A stretch of DNA of 64,000 bases from SAR202 cluster bacterium bin127 (GTDB lineage Bacteria; Chloroflexota; Dehalococcoidia; Lucifugimonadales; Lucifugimonadaceae), in NCBI GenBank assembly GCA_002239045.1, contig MPNN01000010.1:9245-73244 (forward strand), read 5' to 3'. Within the stretch, counting starts at the first letter, position 1. Each line of letters begins with the position of its first letter. Positions 8,012 through 16,630 of this stretch are shown here, piece by piece. Below the pieces are notes generated by a model. It searched no databases and had not been told where the DNA came from. It saw only the letters and a program-made list of their open reading frames with translations. Position numbers and translations under genes: made by a program.

Positions 8012-8965
8012 ATGACGACACCGCTATTCATAACGGAAGAGCAAGTCAAATCGCTGTTCACGATGCCAATCGCTGTTGAGGCGGTCGAAGAGGCATTCAA
8101 AGCCCGCGCGCGAGGCGACGCGTTCAACGAACCGCGGCGTAGGTTGCCTACGAGTTCGGGTGCTTACAACGTAATGTTTGCGACTTGGCGCGGGCACCAG
8201 ATCGCGGGATTGAAGTCATATCCCGGCGGTGCGGGCGGCATCAATTTCCACGTCATGCTGTATGACACATCCAACAATTCGCTGGTTGCGGTGATCGAGG
8301 CCAACCGAATGGGGCAGATGCGTACCGGCGCGGCGTCTGGAGTAGCGACGAAATACATGGCGCGCGACAACTCTGAGACGGTGGGAATCATTGGATCGGG
8401 GTACCAGGCAGAAACGCAGCTCGAGGCCATCGCGCACGTCAGAAAGATCAAGAGCGCCAAGGTTTACAGCCGCTCGGAAGAGAACCGTAATCGATATGCT
8501 GCCAAGATGTCGAATGCGTTGGGCATCGATGTCACGGCAGTTTCGAGCGGCGAAGAGGCAGCCGACTCGGACATCGTAGCCACGATAACTAATTCGCAGC
8601 AGCCAGTCTTGCTCGGGGAGTGGTTTAAGCCGGGCACACACATCAACGCGGCGGGAAATAACTCTTGGTTGAAACGCGAGATCGATACTCGGGCTATCGC
8701 GATGTCCGACATCGTCGCAACTGACGATGTGGAACAGGCTAAATTCGAGTGCGGCGAGTTGATGCGCGCGGCGGAGGTAGGACGATTTTCATGGGATTTG
8801 GCAGTCCCAATCCACGACATTGTTGGCGGGAAATCGAGCGGTCGCGATGACGACGAACAGGTGACATTGTTCGAGTCGCAAGGCCTCGCGTTGGAAGACA
8901 TCGCCGCTTGCGAACGGATAGTAGAGTTGGCACGAGAAAAAGGCATTGGCACACCGCTGAAGTAG
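8012..8965 (+). CDS. Ornithine cyclodeaminase / mu-crystallin family protein
   Basis: N-terminal LFITEEQVKSL...AVEEAF, Rossmann GIIGSGYQA, and NAAGNN are typical of the OCD/mu-crystallin family. The ATG at 8012 follows GGAGA; the alternative start is 7982. Confidence 0.8.
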   Translation: MTTPLFITEEQVKSLFTMPIAVEAVEEAFKARARGDAFNEPRRRLPTSSGAYNVMFATWRGHQIAGLKSYPGGAGGINFHVMLYDTSNNSLVAVIEANRMGQMRTGAASGVATKYMARDNSETVGIIGSGYQAETQLEAIAHVRKIKSAKVYSRSEENRNRYAAKMSNALGIDVTAVSSGEEAADSDIVATITNSQQPVLLGEWFKPGTHINAAGNNSWLKREIDTRAIAMSDIVATDDVEQAKFECGELMRAAEVGRFSWDLAVPIHDIVGGKSSGRDDDEQVTLFESQGLALEDIAACERIVELAREKGIGTPLK

Positions 8966-8992
8966 GCGGGTTTAGATGCAAGGAGGCAAACG

Positions 8993-10072
8993 ATGGCGCT
9001 CGATTTTCTGAAGATACCTGATGACAATGCCGTCCGCGTGCCTGCCGAGCCGCTTCGCCAGCAGGTCGCGGCGATCTTCGTGGCTGCAGGTACGCCGGAG
9101 CGGTACGCGCAAATCACCGCCGACGCCTTGACGTTGGCCAGCCTGCGAGGTGTGGATACCCATGGTGCGACGAACGTGGTTCGCTATACCGAGTCGATAC
9201 TCGAAGGCACGTTCAAGTCGCCGCAAGAGATCGAAGTGATCTCGGAGTCCGACACGACGGCGTTGTTGAGTTGCGGTTGGGGTTTGGGACATCCGGCTGC
9301 GCACATCGGCATGGAGATGGCGATGGACAAAGCGGCGGAGCATGGTGTCGGGATGTCGACGATCCGCGATGGGCATCACATCGGTATGGTTGCCTACTAT
9401 GCGATGCTGGCTGCGGAACGCGACATGATCGGCATCGCGATGACCAATGCCGGACCGGCAGTTCGCCCGGCGCACGGACGACAGGCGATGCTAGGTACCA
9501 ATCCCATCGCGTTCGCCGCGCCCGCTGGCGAAGAAAACGATTTCGTGCTCGATATGGCGACCTCGACGGTTGCTAGCGGCAAGATCGGTTTGGCGCGCCA
9601 ACTCGGCGTTCCGATACCTGAAGGATGGGCGGTTGGTGCTGAAGGCGAACCGATCACGGAGCCTCCGGGAGATAGGGGAGATCATTGGGCACAGAATCCG
9701 CTCGGCAATACGCGCGAGCAAGGTGCTCACAAGGGATATGGACTGGCGATGATGGTCGACATCTTGTGTGGCGTGCTTTCGGGCGGTGGCTACAGTTCGT
9801 TCATTGGCGGCGGCAGGAATATGTCGTTCGCCATGGCTATCGATATCTCGGCGTTCCGTCCCGTCGACGAGTTCAAAGAGATGATGGACGAGATGATCCG
9901 GGCGTTGCACGACACTCCGACGGAACCGGGTGCTGACCGGGTAATGGTTGCTGGTGACCCCGAGGAAGAGGCGATGAAGGACCGCGAGGCGAATGGAGTG
10001 CCGATATTGCAGGCGCGTTATGACGAGATCGTAGGAATCGCTCGACGCGTCGGGGCAGAGGTGCTCATCTAA
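8993..10072 (+). CDS. Ldh_2 family (malate/L-lactate/ureidoglycolate dehydrogenase type 2; Pyr2C/Pip2C reductase-like) oxidoreductase
   Basis: ASLRGVDTHG, GHHIGMVAYY, GTNPIAFAAP, MATSTVASGK and HKGYGLAMMVD are typical of Ldh_2. Confidence 0.85.
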   Translation: MALDFLKIPDDNAVRVPAEPLRQQVAAIFVAAGTPERYAQITADALTLASLRGVDTHGATNVVRYTESILEGTFKSPQEIEVISESDTTALLSCGWGLGHPAAHIGMEMAMDKAAEHGVGMSTIRDGHHIGMVAYYAMLAAERDMIGIAMTNAGPAVRPAHGRQAMLGTNPIAFAAPAGEENDFVLDMATSTVASGKIGLARQLGVPIPEGWAVGAEGEPITEPPGDRGDHWAQNPLGNTREQGAHKGYGLAMMVDILCGVLSGGGYSSFIGGGRNMSFAMAIDISAFRPVDEFKEMMDEMIRALHDTPTEPGADRVMVAGDPEEEAMKDREANGVPILQARYDEIVGIARRVGAEVLI

Positions 10073-10194
10073 GCTGCGCTTTCCAACCGCGAGAACGGTT
10101 CAGCCTCGATGGGAGACTCAAAGTTGGGCAACTATATCTTTAGGTCCCTGACTTGCGCGCTCACCTGATTTTCGTGGTTAGGGTTAGGTGTGGT

Positions 10195-10270
10195 TGGGAT
10201 GTGGTGTAACGTTAGCACGCGGCAGACTTACAATTCCGAGGTGCAGGTTCGATTCCTGTCATCCCAACCA
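10195..10270 (+). tRNA. Degenerate tRNA-like element (probable tRNA pseudogene or element-borne tRNA); anticodon assignment ambiguous
   Basis: 76 nt. Perfect 7-bp acceptor stem TGGGATG/CATCCCA, canonical T arm GCAGG-TTCGATT-CCTGT, and encoded CCA. However, the D loop (AACGTTA) lacks GG, and the anticodon arm pairs at only 3 of 5 positions. Confidence 0.4.
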
Positions 10271-10361
10271 TCACTGAATCGATCATATTTTGTAAAAGCG
10301 GGATGTGAGCGAGGGTTTGATAAACTCTATGCGCGATTAGAGCGAGGTTCATGGAGTTCCG

Positions 10362-10727
10362 ATGGAAATTCTGATAATACTGGCGGTAGTCCTCATTGGC
10401 ATCCCTTGCGCGATTCGCATCTTTGCGGCGATTGCGGAAGAGAACCGCCGCAAAAAGTTCCGAGACATCTACCCAGACATCATCGACCTCATCTATCTCA
10501 TTGAGATTTCGCCCATCGCGGCGAATGGCGAGATACAGGTGGACACTCGCCAAATGAACCAGTTGATCAACAGAATCGGACCCGTCCTCAACTCACTAGG
10601 CATCTACCTGACGCTCGGCGACGGACCGGCGGCGGCGGCTAATTTCCTAGAGAACCTGAGATACCTTGCCGTCTTTGCCAAAGAGGGTGAGATTGACGGC
10701 GCGCAGAAGTTGTTGAACGGGCGATAG
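10362..10727 (+). CDS. Hypothetical N-terminally membrane-anchored protein
   Basis: ATG start with GGAG upstream. N-terminal TM helix ILIILAVVLIGIPCAIRIFAAI. No recognisable family. Confidence 0.45.
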   Translation: MEILIILAVVLIGIPCAIRIFAAIAEENRRKKFRDIYPDIIDLIYLIEISPIAANGEIQVDTRQMNQLINRIGPVLNSLGIYLTLGDGPAAAANFLENLRYLAVFAKEGEIDGAQKLLNGR

Positions 10728-10729
10728 CC

Positions 10730-10921
10730 TCACGACTCCCATCCGAACACCACACCGACTAGCCACACCAGACCACCGAGTATCAGCAACAAAATCATTA
10801 TCTGAATCAGGCACCCCAGAAATCCCGCGAACGCGCCGCCGAAACAACCGACCACGGGTTTCGACGCTTCCAACCCTATATCGAACCCGTCGTTGAAATC
10901 AGGTCTGTTCCGTCTCGCCAT
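10730..10921 (-). CDS. Hypothetical small membrane protein
   Basis: 63 aa with two Gly-rich hydrophobic helices (GCFGGAFAGFLGCLIQIMILLLILGGLVWLVGVVFG). Convergent with the previous ORF. Confidence 0.35.
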   Translation of the reverse strand: MARRNRPDFNDGFDIGLEASKPVVGCFGGAFAGFLGCLIQIMILLLILGGLVWLVGVVFGWES

Positions 10922-12081
10922 CAGCAGGGATTGTAACCGAGTTTGCCCCTACAGCGCGACTTCGCCGTGTCGAAATCCGCTATCCTGGGACAGTGGTGCG
11001 GCCACACCCCCTCCTAGGTACTTTTGACCGCCGCACCGAAGGGTTGACGGACATGGATACGACTGCGATTAGGTCTTGAAATAGCCGATGTCATAACCAC
11101 GCGGTTCAATCTCCGTTCAAAGAACACGCGCCGTGCGATGGTTCATGAAATAGGGGAACTCGGTGCCAACATCGACAAAGACCAGAACTATCGCCGCCGA
11201 TCGGTCATAACTGGTAGCGCCTTGCGGAATTCAAAAGTCCCCTTGAAATATGGGAATAGAACGATTTGCAATATTATCATCCAGTATTTAAATCGCGCAG
11301 CATCTCTAATAGGGGCATGAAATTGAATCATTCAACTAACAGAACAAATACGCCGAACAAATGGTTGACTGAATACGCAGACGACAAAGATGCATCAGTT
11401 CGACTATCAGCGAAGCAACTGTTGCAAGGCTTCATTGAGCACGTTGCAAACTGCCACTGTAAACACGTCAATAAGTCATGAGTTGTGGTTCGTCGCCGCC
11501 TGCTGTTGGGTCTTGATCGCTCATCATTTGATAGCCCAGACGAACTTCCCCTGATTCTGCAATTCCGATCTTGAGGATATATTCTCCTGCACCATGTTTA
11601 CGGCAATTTTCCATCGCGTGTTTGAGTTTATTGGCGGTTTCTGCACCTTCGTATAGCCAATCCATGGCATGAGTTATCTGGTTTGGGTCTGCATCTGATG
11701 GGTTGTTCTGTTCCTATGGCATATCATTCAGTTCAGACATTAGGGATTCTTTTCATGTCGGTTGGGTCAACCTCACTCTACACTGAAATCATAGGTCGGT
11801 GCACGCCGACCGAGACAGAAGAATTATCCTCGGTCCTCATTGCCAACAGCATGTCCAACGTGCGAGAATCTAGGACACGGAGACTCAACATTGAAAAACC
11901 TGTCAAACCCGAACTCAAGATTCCGCCGCGCATCGACACATCGCCAAAGGACATCGCACGCGGGTTGTTCAACCACGACATTGACTGGAACAAGGTCGAC
12001 GAAGAGCTTGACCAGGAATTCGCCGAACATGAACGCAAGTTGGCTGAATAGGAGACGCAGTCCGAGTAGAAAGGAACTCAG

Positions 12082-12525
12082 ATGCTGTCGATCACAGACA
12101 CGAATGGGTGGATGCACGCGCAAAACAGGAGCGATGGACTGATACCACGCTTTGGACTCTTGACCAGCGAAATCGCAACCATTGTCGGCGAGGACGCGCT
12201 TAGCATCAGAGAACGCATACGCGCAGGTTCGATTCCCGGATACCGATTGAAAGAACTCGGATTCGTGGTCGCATACGCGATGACCTTCGATGACATCGCA
12301 CACCACTTTGCCCTTTCACGAGACCAAAAATTCCAGTTGGGGACTTATCCGAAGAGGAATCTAGTTCCAGGTATCAACAACGAATACAAGCACAGACTGA
12401 CATACACGAACGATGTTTTTAGTTACGCTCCGCTCAGAACAGAGTTCTCGACCTTGGACGAACTGAAGACGGAAAACCCGCAAACGTTCATAGCGGAAGC
12501 CAGCGAATCCGATTGGCTCGATTAA
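12082..12525 (+). CDS. Hypothetical protein with an excisionase/MerR-type helix-turn-helix (HTH_17-like)
   Basis: ATG preceded by AAAGGA. The segment LLTSEIATIVGEDALSIRERIRAGSIPGYRL fits the excisionase-family DNA-binding pattern. Confidence 0.5.
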   Translation: MLSITDTNGWMHAQNRSDGLIPRFGLLTSEIATIVGEDALSIRERIRAGSIPGYRLKELGFVVAYAMTFDDIAHHFALSRDQKFQLGTYPKRNLVPGINNEYKHRLTYTNDVFSYAPLRTEFSTLDELKTENPQTFIAEASESDWLD

Positions 12526-12535
12526 AGGATCAAAA

Positions 12536-13048
12536 ATGAACAAAGACGAGAGAAAAGCACGCGGTGATGAACTATGGGAAGAATGGAAGTCCAAACCGCG
12601 CACAGAGTGGGTTGACGATACACAACGACATTTCGACGAAACGTTCGAACTTCTAGCGAAATTGTCGTATGAGATCGAGGCATCTCAGGGTAACCTCGCG
12701 CTTCTCGCAGAGGATGCAGGGATGACCAAACCGGATAATCACGATATGGTCGCCCCATTCATCAGAGACGCGATTGCAACTGAGGGGTTGAACATTTCCG
12801 ACCAGCTGATTAAATTGATGGACCAATTGGAAGTAAAGAAAGATTTGGTCGCATCACAGTTTTTCGGCGAGCATTCCGAACTTGCCGACCATGTCGGTGA
12901 GTTGGTCGTGAAGTGTAATCAGATGAGATGGATTGTGGACGTGATAGTTGATGCCGCCGCCACCTCTAAATCCACCACCATGACATTGCGCGAACGGCGA
13001 ACTCGCGAAATTCGCTCAATAGCGGCGAAATCTCAGACCGGGACCTAA
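12536..13048 (+). CDS. Hypothetical protein (ORFan, predicted helical)
   Basis: ATG preceded by AAGGA, 10 nt after the previous stop. No recognisable motif. Confidence 0.5.
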   Translation: MNKDERKARGDELWEEWKSKPRTEWVDDTQRHFDETFELLAKLSYEIEASQGNLALLAEDAGMTKPDNHDMVAPFIRDAIATEGLNISDQLIKLMDQLEVKKDLVASQFFGEHSELADHVGELVVKCNQMRWIVDVIVDAAATSKSTTMTLRERRTREIRSIAAKSQTGT

Positions 13049-13066
13049 AGATATAGTTACCCAAAG

Positions 13067-14452
13067 TTGACCACTAAACCGAACATCCTAATCATCGGCG
13101 TCGACTCGTTGCGAGCTAGCAATCTCAGTTGCTACGACTACCCGCGCCTGACCTCGCCTCACATCGACCGTCTGGCATCGCAGGGGACTTTGTTCGAGAA
13201 TACGTTCAGCGCCCACATTCCGACCACTAGTGGTTACACGTCGATGTTAAGCGGGTTGGATGTGTTTTCATCACAGGTGGTGGCACTGCGGCACAAGGGG
13301 CCGGTCAGACCCGAAGTCACGTTGTTGCCGGAACTATTGAAGGACGAGGGGTACAACACCGCGTGCGTCGGACTTAGCGGCAATCCAAGTTCGAGAGGAT
13401 TTGACAAGTATCTCGACTACCGCGCATGGGGTTCTTGGGAAGAAGGTCGCAGTGACAAGGCTCAGGATCTGAATCGCGTCTTTTTGCCTGAGTTGGATCG
13501 ACTTTGCAGCGCCGATGAGCCTTTTTTCGTGTTGCTCCGGCACATGGATCCTCATGCGCCTTACCTTGCGCCAGAACCGTATGAGCGGATGTTTTATCAC
13601 GGCGACGAGTGTGATCCTGCCAACACGTCGATGGAACCGGTCATGGCGTTTAAGCCGTTTCGCGATTTTCTGTCTAGTTGGATGCCGCCGGGCATTACCG
13701 ACAAGGACTATGTGATTGCCCAGTATGACGGAGCAATCGCGTACATGGACGCCTGCATCCAGACGATTCTGACGAATCTCGAGAGTCGCGGCATCCTCGA
13801 CGACACGATCGTCGTGCTCAATTCAGATCACGGAGAAACCCTTTACGAACACGAATGCTTTTTTGACCATCACGGACTTTACGATTCGAACCTTCACGTT
13901 CCGCTGATCATCCGTTACCCGTCGAAAGTGCCGGCCGGAAGACGTATCAGTGGTTACAACCAGCACAAGGATTTGATGCCGACTCTGTTGGAGCTGGCTG
14001 GGATCGAGAGCGACATCGATTTCGATGGTCGCAGTCTGATGGGAACGGTCGAGGGCGAGGTCGCCTCACATGAATCAGAGATTTACATCACCGAGTGCAC
14101 TTGGATGAGGAAGCACGGATGGCGCACGCCGCAGTGGAAGTTGATTAGGGCGTTGGAACCGGATTTCCATTTCAAACCGCCCATCGAGCTCTACAACATG
14201 ATCGAGGATCCGCTGGAAATAACCGACGTGGCCGAGGCGCATCCAGACGTGGTCGCCGCGTTGACTAAGCGGATGGAGAGTTGGATCGCTAAACGTGAAT
14301 TTGAGACCGGACTGAAAAATCCCATATACAACCAGGGCGATTGGCACGGCATTGATGGGATCGGCTCATTCAAGTCGTCCCAACAGGCTTACGACACGCT
14401 GTACATCGGCGATTCATCGACGGCGAGGCGACTACAGGCGAAGTCTCGGTAG
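13067..14452 (+). CDS. Sulfatase-fold (alkaline phosphatase superfamily) hydrolase lacking the CxPxR formylglycine motif
   Basis: NILIIGVDSLR, and HIPTTSGYTSMLSG where sulfatases carry CxPSRxxxxTG; also LRHMDPHAPY and NSDHGE. No signal peptide. TTG start. Confidence 0.75.
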   Translation: MTTKPNILIIGVDSLRASNLSCYDYPRLTSPHIDRLASQGTLFENTFSAHIPTTSGYTSMLSGLDVFSSQVVALRHKGPVRPEVTLLPELLKDEGYNTACVGLSGNPSSRGFDKYLDYRAWGSWEEGRSDKAQDLNRVFLPELDRLCSADEPFFVLLRHMDPHAPYLAPEPYERMFYHGDECDPANTSMEPVMAFKPFRDFLSSWMPPGITDKDYVIAQYDGAIAYMDACIQTILTNLESRGILDDTIVVLNSDHGETLYEHECFFDHHGLYDSNLHVPLIIRYPSKVPAGRRISGYNQHKDLMPTLLELAGIESDIDFDGRSLMGTVEGEVASHESEIYITECTWMRKHGWRTPQWKLIRALEPDFHFKPPIELYNMIEDPLEITDVAEAHPDVVAALTKRMESWIAKREFETGLKNPIYNQGDWHGIDGIGSFKSSQQAYDTLYIGDSSTARRLQAKSR

Positions 14453-14488
14453 TCAACTTCACCATCATTTTTTAGGAGCGCAGGATTC

Positions 14489-15484
14489 GTGACATTGAAA
14501 GTCGCAATCGTAGGAATGGGTGGCATCGGCACGCGGCATGCCGACATCTATCAAGCGGATGAACGCTGTGAGATTGTCGCAGTGTGCGATGCCTTCGCAG
14601 ACAAGGCTGATGCGGCGGCTGAGCGATACGGATGCGCCGCGTACAACTCGGTTTCAGCGATGCTGGAAGGTGGGGAAATCGACATCGCGAGTGTATGCAC
14701 GGCGGGCGTCGAAAATGGTGGTGATCACTACGAACCTACGGTGACTCTGCTCAACGCCGGTATCCCTGTCTTGGGCGAGAAACCGATATCCAACGAGATC
14801 TCCAAGGCGAAGGAGATGGTCGCTCTGGCCAAGGAAAAGGGATTGCGGTACGGGATAAACCTTAACCACCGTTTCACTCCAGCGGCGTTAAGAGGGAAGG
14901 AATGGGTCGATATGGGACGACTTGGAGAGTTGAACATCGTCAATATGACGATGTGGATCAATAATCCGAACGAAAGTTCGCCTTATTTCCACATGCGGGC
15001 TCTGCATCCTCACTCTATCGACGTGATGCGTTATTTCTGCGGCGATGTTACGCGGGTTCATGCATTCTTCAAGAAGGGGCGAGGTAGGGCGATCTGGTCG
15101 AACGTGCAGGTAAATATGCAGTTCGAGAATGGGGTGATTGGGCATTTGACGGGAAGTTATGACGCGGGAGGCAGTTACGGGTTGGAACGGTTGGAGGTCG
15201 TGGGTTCCGAGGCGAGGTTCGTGCTGCTCGAAGCGTGCGAGCATTTGGAGTTTTATCCGCGCAGATCTCAGCAGGTCGAGAAGTACGCATATCTCGGCGA
15301 CATGATGAGTTTTGGCGAGACGTTCGAAAGTCGCATAACAAGGTGGATTGATCAGAACATAGAAGGTGCCGATCCGGACGAGATTGACGGATCAGGCGAA
15401 GACGCTCTGAAGTCGCAATTGATTATCGAGGCCGCGATTGAATCTTGGGAAACGGGATCAGTGGTCGAAATCGAGAGGAATTAA
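14489..15484 (+). CDS. Gfo/Idh/MocA family NAD(P)-dependent oxidoreductase
   Basis: GTG start after AGGAG. Rossmann motif VAIVGMGGIG and the EKP motif (LGEKPIS). Confidence 0.85.
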   Translation: MTLKVAIVGMGGIGTRHADIYQADERCEIVAVCDAFADKADAAAERYGCAAYNSVSAMLEGGEIDIASVCTAGVENGGDHYEPTVTLLNAGIPVLGEKPISNEISKAKEMVALAKEKGLRYGINLNHRFTPAALRGKEWVDMGRLGELNIVNMTMWINNPNESSPYFHMRALHPHSIDVMRYFCGDVTRVHAFFKKGRGRAIWSNVQVNMQFENGVIGHLTGSYDAGGSYGLERLEVVGSEARFVLLEACEHLEFYPRRSQQVEKYAYLGDMMSFGETFESRITRWIDQNIEGADPDEIDGSGEDALKSQLIIEAAIESWETGSVVEIERN

Positions 15485-15486
15485 AG

Positions 15487-16284
15487 ATGAAACTTGGCGC
15501 CAATTCAGTGCTCTTCGGCGGTCATAGTATGGAGGATGCTTTCAGATGCATTGCGATGGCAGGATATGACGGTATCGAGTTGTCGGCGATCGACGGCATG
15601 AGCGAGCATTTGGTGTTGGATCGATGGGAAGAACTCGTGCCGGAGATACGCGACCTCTCAGATGAATACGCGCTTGAATTGCTGGCCATGGAGCAACCTC
15701 TACGCGATCCAGACGTCATGGATCGAGCTTGCCGAGCCGCGTCGGTGTTGGGGATACCCGTGGTCAACTGCGGACCGGGGGGAACATCAGGTGATGAGGA
15801 TAGCTTGAAAGCATCGATCGTTTCTCTTTCCGAGATGGCGAAGATCGGCGAGGAACACGGCGTGACGGTTTGCGTCAAGGCACACGTCGGGGCCAGCATC
15901 TACAACTCGCCGACTACGCTGCGCGTGATGGAGACTATTCAGTCGCCCGCATTTGGCATAGACATGGACCCGTCGCACATCTATAGGGCGGGGGAGAACC
16001 CGGCGGAAGCGATCGCCGCGGTGATGTCGCGCGTCAAGCACGTTCACATCCGCGACTGCAAGGGAATGCAGTCGGGTCCCGGCAAGCCGGAAGATCAAGC
16101 TAACGGTCGTGGCGACATCGATCTCTTGGGATTTGTTCGTGTGTTGCACGAGCACGGGTACGACGGCGCGCTCAATCTTGAGATCATTGGTGCGAAGGAC
16201 TACAGTTTGGAGCAATGTTGCACCATCGCCGCGGAGTCGCGCGGGCACATGCAAGCGTGTTCGCAGGCTTGCGGGGCTAGGTGA
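15487..16284 (+). CDS. Sugar phosphate isomerase/epimerase (xylose isomerase-like TIM barrel)
   Basis: GYDGIEL, VHIRD, and the LNLEIIG pattern. ATG at 15487 immediately follows the upstream stop. Confidence 0.8.
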   Translation: MKLGANSVLFGGHSMEDAFRCIAMAGYDGIELSAIDGMSEHLVLDRWEELVPEIRDLSDEYALELLAMEQPLRDPDVMDRACRAASVLGIPVVNCGPGGTSGDEDSLKASIVSLSEMAKIGEEHGVTVCVKAHVGASIYNSPTTLRVMETIQSPAFGIDMDPSHIYRAGENPAEAIAAVMSRVKHVHIRDCKGMQSGPGKPEDQANGRGDIDLLGFVRVLHEHGYDGALNLEIIGAKDYSLEQCCTIAAESRGHMQACSQACGAR

Positions 16285-16345
16285 TGTACGATTTGGTTAT
16301 GTCGATTGATTGAATGCCAAAGGTATCGAAAGAGATTTAAGGACA

Positions 16346-16630
16346 ATGACTACGCCCGTAGCAGTGAAAGCGCTTGCTGGCTATCGCATTTGGATAAAGT
16401 TCGATGATGGCGTTGAAGGCGAGATCGACCTGTCGGATTTTGCTGGTCGCGGGGTGTTCACGGCGTGGGAAGATCGGGATTTCTTTGAGAGTGTCGAAGT
16501 TCCTGACTACGATGCAATAGCCTGGCCAGGTGACATGTCACTATGCTCTGACATGCTATACATGCGTCTGACGGGAAAATCCGTCGAGGAGATATTTCCG
16601 GACTATCAACCGATGACGACGCATGTCTGA
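16346..16630 (+). CDS. DUF2442 domain protein (copy 1)
   Basis: GYRIWIKFDDGVEGEIDL and GRGVFTAWEDRDFFESV. The ATG at 16346 follows AAGGA. Confidence 0.75.
   Translation: MTTPVAVKALAGYRIWIKFDDGVEGEIDLSDFAGRGVFTAWEDRDFFESVEVPDYDAIAWPGDMSLCSDMLYMRLTGKSVEEIFPDYQPMTTHV

Noticed and set aside
8464-9117. Long antisense ORFs opposite confidently assigned genes. Examples: 8464-9117 (minus), 47464-48039 (minus), 50780-51598 (plus), 52762-53427 (minus) and 62498-63220 (plus).
   Set aside because: They lie entirely within genes that have strong family motifs on the other strand. They have Arg/Ser/Pro/Ala-biased low-complexity translations and no recognisable domains. This is typical of shadow ORFs in GC-rich DNA.
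10195-10270. The idea that the tRNA-like element is a functional ochre-suppressor tRNA (anticodon TTA) serving a recoded mobile element.
   Set aside because: The anticodon stem has two mismatches, position 33 is C, and the D loop lacks GG. The short ORFs in the adjacent islet end in a mixture of TGA, TAG and TAA, and do not merge into longer frames when TAA is read through. It is retained only as a pseudogene or att-remnant hypothesis.
10995-11037. Hairpin GGTGCGGC ... GCCGCACC (8-bp stem) in the non-coding part of the ORFan islet, considered as a possible small RNA.
   Set aside because: The 27-nt loop is large and there is no U-tract or recognisable motif. A single 8-bp inverted repeat at this spacing is not statistically compelling. 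It is worth revisiting only if RNA-seq shows a transcript.
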